Under the pieces are notes generated by a model that saw nothing but the letters and a program-made list of their open reading frames with translations, was not told the origin of the DNA and did no database searches. DNA of 64,000 nt from Blasia pusilla (lineage: Eukaryota), in the NCBI GenBank assembly GCA_050084515.1, contig CM114271.1, positions 28,458,001-28,522,000 of the forward strand, written 5' to 3'. Positions 39,640 through 50,026 of this stretch are shown one piece after another. Numbering within the stretch: position 1 is the first letter of the stretch; each line of letters opens with the position of its first letter. The position numbers were made by a program, and so were the translations under genes.

Positions 39640-40590
39640 CCTAGGCTGACTATCCATGTGAGACAGTTGAGGTCCATCGCCTGCCCCAACACCTATCTCT
39701 GGGATGCTTCAGTCATCCCTCGCACCGCCGTAGTATCGGTTGCGAACCCCATGGCGCGCTCGCACTCATTTGCTGTAGGCTCCTCCAATGCTCCGGTCAC
39801 CTCATCCCAAATCATGCCTGGCCCTCCCTAACAAAAGGCATGGGATGTTGGGAAGCTCACCAACGTAGGTAAGGCTGCCCTCAACTCCTCCACCCTATTG
39901 GCCATGGCCAACGGTGGTCTATCATCCCGTGTGACCACTTGAGATCGACGCCCTGAGCCCAAAATAGCATCCAGTGTGAGATGTGGTGCTCTTTGGACTC
40001 CATCGTATGCTCGATTCAGTTCCTCTGATAGTATCAGGTTCGTCCACCACAATCGTGGATGATAGGCACGTGATCCAACTCTCTCCGTATCTAATAACAC
40101 AGCAGGTCCCAACTATGACCTCACCTGATACACACTCGTCATCACACGTGCACGAGTGTCTCCCAACAATGGCACGTTCTCCAAGATGTACGTTGGAGAA
40201 TATGTCGGACTCTCCTGCAAGTGTCGTACTACTCGCAGTATCTCCCAAAACATCCCTGACCTCGGATCCTGCAATCCAAATCCTCGGCCAGCTGATGAAT
40301 GACCTTGACATGGCCATCCAGCAATCACCAAATAAATGGTGCCAACTCTATCCAGATCCTGTGCCCCCACCAAAGAGATGTCGGCGGGTAGTGTATGCTG
40401 ATATCCCCGTACTGCAGATACCGGAAACAACTCATGATACCTCTGGACCAATCTCGCCACGTGACGTAATGATACTCGCCGCGCGGTCTCATCTTTCTCC
40501 ACATAAAGGTACTTATGCACCTGTAAGCCCGCCTGCAATACTGCAGCTAATCCGGTGCTAATCCCTCCGAAGAGATCTAACACCCTAACA
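39640..40590 (-). pseudogene. DNA (cytosine-5)-methyltransferase catalytic domain, DNMT3-like, embedded in Gypsy pol
   Basis: Motifs in canonical order and one reading frame: I VLDLFGG, II VEKD, III ADI, IV AGWPCQG, V DPRSGMF, VI ILENV, VII LLD, VIII SRAYHPRLWWTN, IX ECERAMGF, X LGQAM. Three in-frame TAG stops. Confidence 0.93.
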
Positions 40591-40943
40591 CCCTCCTCTG
40601 GGCACTGCCACACAACGGGTGTGGTATTTAGTGTGGTCAACGTCTCCACTCCAAGAGCCCGATTGCCACGTGACTCTCGCTGCTCCGAGATAAAAGCATG
40701 ACTCCACGCCTGCCTCACGAAGTCGTCGACACTCCTTTGTAGCTCTCGAGTCGTACCCCACAATGGCGAAGAGGTCTCGCCAACATGGGAAGAGATACCC
40801 GCCATGGCCTGTCTCTCCGTGGGACTATCCACTATTGGGACATCCTCTGCATGTGCGTTCCCCTCCAAAAACTCTCTTGGCCAGCTAACACTACCTGTGA
40901 AAGCCGCCAACGTGGTCACAGACTCGCCTCGTAATCGACCACC

Positions 40944-42620
40944 TCATCCCGCAAATTGCACGGGTAACTGACTCATCCAGCCGTCACCTGACCGCCACCC
41001 TAGCCGATAAGCAACGGTCTCCTCCCAGAAGTCAAGGATGAATCCTAGGGGATATAACACTGTACTCCCCACCACCACATCGTACGACTCAGTTGGTGTC
41101 ATAATCGCACGTGTGCGCACCATAGCACTATCCATCTCATGCTCTGGTTGGACTCTGACAACTATCTTCTGTCGAGTCATATACTGCGTGGGTGACACGC
41201 CTCCAATCGAGGTCTGTATCTGGAAGGGACAAGGCTCAATGTCGGCCTTCCGTAACCCCAACGCTAAACACGCCGCCTTCCCTAACATCAAGGGTTGCAC
41301 TCCCGAATCAAGTAGGACGCGCTAGTGTCCCCGTCGGACTAACCAAGCAAAATACTCCAGCTTGGTAATCCAGTAACACTACTCTAGGTGTCACCACTGC
41401 TCGCTCGGTGCATCTCGCAGCACCTCGAGTTACCACTGCAGCTGCCTCAACCTGGGCTGCACTACACATAAACCCCATACTAGCGAGATCCTCACACGGG
41501 TCAGGGTAAGAGGTAGAAGTTGGAGTCACACTAGCTACTCGTAGCTCCGTGCCTTCCCTAAGCTGCATCATCGTCGTGGCAACAATCCTATGCTCCAACT
41601 GATCGATGCGTGAGAGAAGTGACGGCTGTGGTGCTCCTGCTCCATCTCCTCTGGCTGGTGGTGGTCCTCTACCACCACGTTGAGGAAGGACTCCCCAACC
41701 TCCCCCAGGACAACCGCCCCCAGGCCCTCAGCCTACCTCTGGACATGCCCCTCGGCAAAGGTCAAAACATCTATCCCTAGTGTGACCATATCTGTGGCAA
41801 TAGTCACACTGGTGCTGTGGTGGGGCCATCCTCTGTGGCTCCTGAGCAATCGGAGGCACTAGTGGTCCTCTCCCATGCTGTGGGCAGTCTTTCTGCCTAT
41901 GGGCCCCTCCATACGTCCAACAAGACCACATCGGTCCCTGTTGGGCAACATATGTAGGTATGCGTCGTTGCCTCATAGGCTCATGGTAACCGCCCTGCTC
42001 TTTGGGCACACCGACCCGCTTTCGTGGTACTGGTGCTCACTGTGGCATCTCTGGGGTCACCGTCGCTCGTGGACCGGTCGACTCTCGAGAAAATCCAGCG
42101 GTCACTACTTGCTCCTCACTCATGTTGAGCTCAATATGCTCAGACAACTCAAAGACCACCTTCAATGTGGGCTTCGCTATGTGAATGAGCACCACATCTC
42201 GGACTCTCCTTCGTAGTTCTCGGTCCAGAACCCCGTACCAATAAAGGACTGACTGCGCCTCAGTCACTCCATACGAAGCAATGATCAGCCTCCTCATGCG
42301 TGTGAATGCCTTTCTCAGACTCTCACCCGATCATCCCTGAAAATCTTGTAGACTCTTCAACTTGTCGGTACATACGCCCTGGTAGCTCTTCCCCAACTGT
42401 CGGAAGAACTCCACTTTGGGGCTGAAGCTGGGTGGCCCTCTACCACCAGAGGTCTCTGCCACATCGCCTCTCTCACTGCCCTCCTCTCCATCTAGTCGCC
42501 GGGCTGAGGGTGTGGGTCTCTCTCCTCCCACAATCCCATCATATGCCTCGCGACCACTAGTGGACACATACCCTGGACTCAATCTAGACTCCCTCTCACT
42601 GAGAGGTGTATTGTGTGACA
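40944..42620 (-). pseudogene. Gypsy gag (two zinc knuckles) and aspartic protease
   Basis: CWTYGGAHRQKDC and CDYCHRYGHTRDRC knuckles. Protease RVLLDSGVQPL (~41300-41325) and YDVVVG. Confidence 0.85.
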
Positions 42621-42763
42621 ATAAGCAACATGATGTGGAAACTTGCTAGTCTTTCCTCTTATTGACAGATCATCCTCTCAACTCTAGACATCCCATACAC
42701 GTCTATGAAAAGGAGATAAAAAAAGTAGAACCAATTTGCACGTAGAAAGAATGTGAGAATCTC

Positions 42764-43075
42764 GGGATTGGAGCTCAAAATCTTGCGGAGGCTGTATCTT
42801 TGTGTCAGGTCATGATCTCAAGCTAAACTTTGCAGGAAAATTGGAAGTTGCTAAGGAGCATAACTCTTGGAAATTTCAAGTACAACCAACTTATAAAGAA
42901 GAAGTTGTGTGGTGTTGGAGATTTTCCTCTTGAAGATTTGAGGATTGGAGCTCATAATCTTGCGGAGGCGATATCTTTGTGTCGGATTGTGATCTCAAGC
43001 TGAAAATTTATAGGGAAGTTGGAAGTTTCCAAGACGTAAAATTTTTGAAAATTTCAAGCACAATAAACTTATACA
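42764..43075. repeat. About two copies of a 177-bp unit related to 26277-26632
   Basis: The GATTGGAGCTCA.AATCTTGCGGAGGC anchor recurs at ~42773 and ~42950. Shares ATCTTTG...TCTCAAGCT...GAAGAAGTTGTGTG with the 26.3 kb repeat. Confidence 0.8.
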
Positions 43076-43079
43076 GAGG

Positions 43080-44640
43080 TGATGACACAACTAAGAAAAT
43101 AAACAAATGGAAAATGTAAAGATTTGGATGATCTTTCAATTGAACTTTTGAAGTGGGGAGGAGATTCTATCAGACTGATCCTCACCAATGTTTTGGGTGA
43201 TGCTACTCTCTATGGTTTTCCTTCTACTTGGTTACTACATGAGATTATTCCTATTCACAAATCAGGAATGAAGGATTTTAAGACAAACTATTGCATTATC
43301 ATGGTGAGTAGTATTTTTGCCAAGTTGTTTGGGAAATTGGTGGAGTCAAAGTTGAGGGCATGGACGGAGTATTTCCAAAAGAGAGCACGAGTTCAAACTG
43401 GTTTTTGCCCAACATACAACACCATCGACCATATCTTGGCCTTACGTGTTCTATGGGAGAAATCTAAGGGCAATGGGAAAGCTTTGTTTTGTGGTTTCAT
43501 CGATTTCAAGAAAGCTTTCGATATAGCATCTCATAAGCTCTTGAGGGATCAGTTGCAACCCATAGGGGTTCCAAAAAATCTCCTAGCTGCCATGGCCACA
43601 TTGTACTATTCCATTTGGGCCAATATCAAAGATTCACAAACTCAAGAGATTTTGAGTACTACCGGAGTCATTCAAGGTTTTCCTCTCTCACCTACTCTCT
43701 TTGGAGTTTTTATAGCTGCTATCGAAAAGTGATTGGAGTAATGTGAAAGTGAAGGTATAAAGCTTGGAGACTTTGATATCAAAGATTTATTGTATGTAGA
43801 TGATATCATATTACTTGCACAGGATGCCATTAGTTTACAAAAATATCTTGATACTTTGGAAAGTTTTTGTTCCAAGAATCAGATGGAGGTTAGTATGGAG
43901 AAGTCTAAAGTCATTGTAGTGGGTACTAGATCCAAGTTCTTCTTAATTTTCAAAGGTCTATAATTAGAATAAGTGAAGAGTTATAAATATATAGGCATTT
44001 ATTTCTCTCATGACTATAGTTGGGCACTTTGCTTACAAAAGAGAGTAGAAGCAAGTTACAAAGCTCTATACTCACTTTTCAATTGGTGTAGAAAAGCTCA
44101 TCTTATATCATGGGATCTTAGGAAGTTCTTATCTAGGAGGTTAGCTCTCCTTATGGTCTTATAGGGGACCCAAGTTTAGGGCCCTACTTGGAAGAAGATA
44201 GGTTGGGAGCGCGTGGAGAGGGTGCAAAAGATCTTTCTACCAGAAGAATTGGGTGTAAGAAACCAAACTCCTTATGCTATTCTTCTTGTGGAAATATGTT
44301 TTCTTCTTCGAGAGGATGAAGTTATCTACTTGACCATTAATTATATCGTAAGGTTGAGATTCTTGATATTTCTCACCTCCCTCATCAAGTTTTGCGAGTC
44401 ACACGTTCCATAGGGTGGATTGCAGATGTGGTAACTTGGTCTTCAAAGTGGAATATGGTCAATCATGATTGGGACTTGAATCTGATAGCACTCTGCGAGC
44501 ATCTATAGAACATTTTCTCACATTATTTGGAGTAGTCCAAGCACAAAAATGGAGTATTATCAACTTCATGTTAATCCTATGCTTGTATATTGTGAATAAG
44601 GGTACCTACTTGCGGGATCTCCACCTTCGTACATCATATT
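43080..44640 (+). mobile_element. LINE reverse transcriptase fragment, disrupted
   Basis: IIPIHKSG, QTGFCP, FIDFKKAFD, GVIQGFPLSPTLF, LYVDDIILL, YKYIGI. Confidence 0.88.
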
Positions 44641-45657
44641 ATCGGATGACAAAGCGGAAGACTATAAAGATAAAATTAGGAATGAAGTAATCATTATGAT
44701 GTAATAATAAATACAAATTTATTTAAACCAAGCAAGAAAAAAATATGAAAGTAAAAGTACATAAGAGATGGCATAATTACAGTTGTTAGAAGGGGAAGTA
44801 CATCGTATGCAATTATCATAATCGTAGAAAATAACCCAAATTTAGAATATAAAAATTTTAATTACGGCCTCTACATGTACGGTGTGTCATAAATTCTTGG
44901 TCCTCGCGGATCCACGTCGTTGTTTGTAGTTATGGATGCAGAGGCCATCCAGCGGTGACTGAACGCTACTTGTCACTACAAGAATGGTCATGCTACGTAC
45001 TAGGTTTCCTAGCCCGAGAGCATCCTAGGGCAAGTATTGCGGCTCTGCTGGCTAACACCGCGTGCAAAATTATGGCAGCCGTCTCCCAAGTTTTCTCACG
45101 CTCAATCTATTTTTGTTCATTAATTCGATTATAGAGCAGCATTGGTTCGTTGCTTCTTGGTTCGTGCGATGGCACGCTCGACGGTGGCACGCTTGGTACT
45201 AAACTTCCATGCTCCCACCGTGATGCTCTGCCTATCAGTTGCATTGTCTACTACGGGCACTCAGTGCCGTTTTCCTTTCGATCTCCTTTCAACGTTTTCC
45301 TTTCCATCCCTCTTCATTGACTGACAAAGCTTCTCCTTTCGTCCAGTTCTGGTCTTGCGCTCTCGATCATTTGCTTTGCACAATCTAGTTTCGGTCCGTG
45401 ACTGAAACTCAACTGCATTTGCTTTGGGACAACCCATTTCATTTCGATAACTTTTTGCCTTTGTAATAGTTGCGGTGCTTATTTATTGATCATCGGCACT
45501 CGAGCAGTTCTGCGCCCCATCACGATTCATTTACGGCGATTGATTGCTCATTCCCTTCTCGTTAGCTCTTCTTGTAATTCAGACTTTCTTGCAATCCCTC
45601 TTCTCTGGTTTAGGGTCTATTCTCCCAGATCTCCTCCTCTACGTCTTGTTTCGAGCT

Positions 45658-46820
45658 TGTCGTGCGCATACACATCGCTACACAACATACATCGTTGTCA
45701 CCAAACACACACAGAAACACACACGATCCCATGCTAACTCATGGCATCCAAACAACGAGACAAGAAGTACCAAAATATCTCCAATAAAATAAGATCCAAT
45801 CTTTCTCACAATACCATAATTCTCATATGTGTGCACTCTCACATGTCCCTTTCAATGTCAAACCAAACCCACTCTCCTAACGATAGGCTTGGGTTACACT
45901 CACAAGGCAAGGGACCATAGCTCTGCCGCCTCATGCTAAGAGGTTCAACAAAGAGAGAATGAGCTGTCAAGCTTTCTCTCCTTGAGGTATACTCGTCTCC
46001 TCCCTCAAGCTCTCTCCATGATAACCTATGCTCCCAAGTCACCTCATTGGCTCTTGACTTGATGTAGGAGCTTAAGGGCCACTTACCAAAAATATAAAGT
46101 GGACCATATACTCAAAATGGTACTTACCTAAGATAGTAAGTTCCTCAATATGGCTCCAAATGAGCCGAAACGAAGGGGAAATCTTCTCTCTCAGGTTTTC
46201 CGGGGCCTCAACAGGTCATCCTCAACCTCCTGAGCTTGTCCTCCACTACTTGAGAAGGAGCTCTACTAGATCTCACTGATTTATCCTAAAAGATATGACA
46301 GCTATCGTGCGCATACACATCGCTACTTAACATACATCACTGTCACCGAACACACACACAAATACGCACGATCCCATGCTAACTCATGGCATCCAAACAA
46401 CGAGACAAGAAGTACCAAAATATCTCCAATCGCCCCCTAGCTGGTGGTTAGGTCCCTCTAACTAAGAGCAAGAAGGCCGGGTGCTTATGTGGTCCCATCG
46501 TTAGTCGTCTTCTTGTCATCCATGTCATAGATACAAGTCAGAATGTAGAACTACCTACGCTATGTACATTTGGGACACATCCATCGTCCCTGAGGTATCC
46601 TAGTGAGAGGTAGCGTCAAACATGCCGTATGTCATCCTCTCGAACATCCATCACAGACTAGCATAGTGGCTCCACCACCAGCGAATTGACACAACATACA
46701 CCTCAAGCTGGTAGGAACTACTGCTAAGTTTGGATCAACTGTACCATCAATGTTTGGAAGATGACATGGCGCACAGTTATGCACATGGTCCTTCCAAACC
46801 ATACCATCGCGTCCCTCTGA
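45658..46820 (-). mobile_element. Ty3/Gypsy PHD-family copy C: PHD end, PPT, B (46303-46428) and LTR (45658-46300)
   Basis: EGRDGMVWKDHVHNCAPCHLP...CMLC...CDGCSRG. 126-bp direct repeats at 45658-45783 and 46303-46428. Confidence 0.9.
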
Positions 46821-47342
46821 TTGGTAGTCGCTGGACGACGATCGAGTACTATGTCGTGACATCGTAGCTATAAGGCGCCATTGATTGTCGGAAATTTGCC
46901 GTGTTGTGCCGCTCGTGGACGCACCGCATCATCTTGATCATGGAGCCACACCATGATTGGGGAGTAGAGCGTGTCTTTTTTATAAAGGAGAGGTATGCCA
47001 CTAAGTGCCGTATCTCATTTCTCGAGTGGCGTGCTGTTTATAGCCATTCCGTGTTGCCAGTGTTGAAGCGTATCGCTGGACCCACACTACACATCAAAGA
47101 GGTTGGGGCATTGTCAATACTAGAGGAGTGTGACTTGGTGATTGGAGGAGTTTGTCTTCACGACTGAGTTGGGATCGCAATTTGCAGTTTTTGAGGAGCG
47201 ATATTTACATTTGTTTAGGTTACGCATTCTGATCTTTTGCCTTAGGGTGAGGGAATTCCATGTATTGGGAAATTATTTGGGGATACTGGATTTTGATGCA
47301 GATGCAAATAGCATTATTGATGTAGGTGGCTTAGGAGACATA

Positions 47343-47633
47343 TAATGGTAAATGGTAAATAGATCAAGCTCGTGGAACCCAAAGGATCAAAAGGCTAAAA
47401 AACATCTTGCAAGTAATACACTGACTCAGGAAAAGACCCTAAAGGCCTTCTCTTAGCCAATGCCTAGAGCACTCCAACGATGAATAATAAAATCCCTAAT
47501 ATAATAAGCTAAATCATAAGGCACTAGCTATAGCTATAGAAAAGAATAGAAAATATCCACATCTATTTTATGAGCTAGTCTAATTTCTTCATACCTTGGA
47601 CATGTAACAAACACATGCTCTTCATCCTCAATC
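47343..47633 (-). mobile_element. LINE 3' fragment in reverse orientation
   Basis: AATGGTAAATGGTAAAT tail. Reverse complement of ~10905-11190 (IEDEEHVFVTC). Confidence 0.85.
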
Positions 47634-48504
47634 ATTATGCATAGCTAAGCGGAAAGAAAACTCAGACCTCATAAATCAAGAGGTCACCTGTCATCACTGG
47701 AAGGTACTCGCAAATAGTGGGTGTGCGACGGTCGATGATGACACAACTACACCGGTACGTCCTACTAATGTTATTAGAAATAACTCCACATTGCACTCTG
47801 TCACGAAGGGTTATCCGTGATAGCCAACAACAAAGTATAGTCTACTAGTGACAAAGTGGAAGTCGAAACATAAGTGGCGACATTAACAAGTCTGCATATC
47901 AATAACCGTTAATCATGATTGTTCAATGAGCAAGGATAAGAGACAACAACGCAATGTCGGCATTAACAAGGGTCCCCCACTCATGGAGTGGGATAGATGA
48001 CATCGATTGACTAGACGCGTGTTAGATAGACAACGGTCGAGCGACGTGGTTATTTGGATTGTCACGCAAGATTTTCACGACCACATCCAAGGTTATCGCG
48101 ATAGAGCAAAGCTAAGGCGTTGGCCTGCCATGGATGGTAAGGCGATAAGGCCGTAACAAGACAGGGACAATATCTAAGCTGCAAGGGTCTGCTATAAATT
48201 GGAAGTCAGTTGGCTTTTGCAATCGTTGGATGGAGGCAGGCTAGCACGGATTATGGCAGGTTAGTAGGCAAGCACGGCAACTGTGACTAGGGTGACCAGG
48301 GCTAGAGCCAACAATATAGCATGGGGAGCGTCCGAAAGCACAGGTAAGGAGTGCGGTTAGTGGCTCGTAGGGCGAGCCACAACTGGATACGGGCAGAGCC
48401 ACAGCACGGCCGGAGCAAGCGGATTGGCGGTAGCAACGCGGGTCGACAGGAAATATGGTGCGGGATGAGGGTTGAAGGTGGCGGTCGAAGGCACTTTCTA
48501 CAAT

Positions 48505-49326
48505 AGGAATTGGGTTTGAGAAACCAAACTCCTCATGCTTTTTTTCTTGTGGAAAGAAGTTTCTATCCCTCAAGGTAGAAGCTTTCTACTTGGCCATCAC
48601 TTATATCGGAAAGGCTCATCAGATCTTTTGATATTTCTTGCCTCCCTTGTCAAGTTTTACAAGCTGTACGCTTCAGAGGATGGCTAATAAGTATGGTAAC
48701 TTGGTCTAAAAAATGGAATGTGATTGAACAAGATCAAGAATTGAAATAGGTGGCGCATCGTAAGCATCCAAAAATATATTTCTCAGCATTCTTTGGAATT
48801 GATAGAGCATAAAAATGTAGTATTTTCAAATTCATATTAATCCCATACTTATATATTATGAACAAACAATACTTACTCACAGAGATCTCGACTTTCATAT
48901 GTGATACTAGTGCATCAAATCGAACTACCTCTCATAGACTATGCATAGTGGGTCCCACATGCTTGATTTCTTTATCATATATTGAGGAGAAATGTTGGCA
49001 CAATATTTATGGAATTGAATTAAATTATTGCTTATGAAATGTAAGAAGTATTGAGAATGAAAATCATATATTTATTACATGTCATAAGTATGAAGAAATT
49101 AGACTACCTCATAAAATTGATGTGCGAAATACATATTCTTTACTATAGTGTCTTATGATTTAGGTTGTTATATTAGGAATATAATTATTCATCTTTTGAG
49201 TGCTCTAGGCATTGGCTTCTATGGTCTTTTCCTCATTTTTGTATTATTTATGATGTGCTTTTTAGCCTTTTGACCTTTTGGATCCCATAGATGGGTTTGA
49301 TTTATTTATTATTTCTCTTTTACCAT
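48505..49326 (+). mobile_element. LINE 3' part (post-RT region, CCHC and tail), decayed
   Basis: GAATTGGGT.T.AGAAACCAAACTCC aligns with 44246 onward. Ends in the shared 3' UTR and TTTACCA. Confidence 0.75.
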
Positions 49327-49625
49327 AATTTTATCTATTCAGGTAATTATGTTCCATTTATCGTAGTAAAATTGGAGGCAAATTAAATTCTGATAAAGAT
49401 TATACAAACTTAATCTATAATATTAATAGAAGATGGGTTTAGAGATCCCTCCTCCTTCTCTCGACAAATGTCCTCTTAGGGCTTTATTGGTGTTGACACA
49501 TGTCAACACTAGAGAATTAAATATAATGAAGAAGACAAAGGAAAATGGGACAATAAATTCATTTTATTCCAAGATTTTATATCATCTGTCCATAGCACGA
49601 GCAACGCTCTAGTATCAAATTATCC

Positions 49626-50026
49626 TGTGAGAAAAAAAATATGAAGAAATCATTGAAATATATTACAGATCTTGGAGATACAAAGTGGCCTAGTTTTTCC
49701 GTGCACTCACAGAAGAGCTTTGATGGAACCTGAATATGGAGATAATTTGACATACGAGAATGCGCTACCACTACGGCTCGTGACTATTTCACTACTCGAG
49801 ACACTAGGATTTGTTACCTAATTTTCTTTTTTTTTAATTTATAGAATTTTTTTGTAAAATTTATAGGGTTAGATAATCCTAGTAACATTACTCCATAAAC
49901 CACCTACATCATATTACTATGACTCCTTTGACGTCTAAGTCAAAACTATCAATCTAGACCTCTCCTTACATAAGGGGGCATATTAGATTAATGGTGCTAA
50001 GAGAAGTGGATGTTGAGAATCCAACA
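49626..50026 (-). repeat. Copia 3' LTR
   Basis: Plus strand TGTGAGAA...GAATCCAACA; homologous to 53813-54197. Confidence 0.93.

Larger units (their letters stand above)
35424..42620 (-). mobile_element. Ty3/Gypsy copy B: gag - protease - C5 DNA methyltransferase - RT - RNase H - integrase - PHD; no 5' LTR found; internal inversion
   Basis: Domain order read from the minus-strand ORFs 42621 to 36257 (see sub-features). Multiple stops and frameshifts, so non-functional. Confidence 0.95.

Noticed and set aside
39640-40590. Bacterial restriction-modification methylase/contamination, or a host DNMT3/DRM gene
   Set aside because: It is in frame with a retroviral-type protease and flanked by gag and RT. 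It has no introns, no partner endonuclease, and a non-permuted motif order unlike DRM.
32953-42620. DIRS/Ngaro tyrosine-recombinase element, suggested by the B-A-B end and a methyltransferase
   Set aside because: A DDE integrase and aspartic protease are present and no tyrosine recombinase is visible. The MTase is C5-cytosine type, not the adenine-type domain of DIRS.
44974-44985. CACTACAAGAA as a CACTA TIR
   Set aside because: No partner TIR, subterminal repeats or transposase nearby.
46850-48500. Additional LTRs (TGTCGTGAC at ~46852, TATA-like motifs)
   Set aside because: No second copy, PBS, PPT or TSD in the window to define boundaries.
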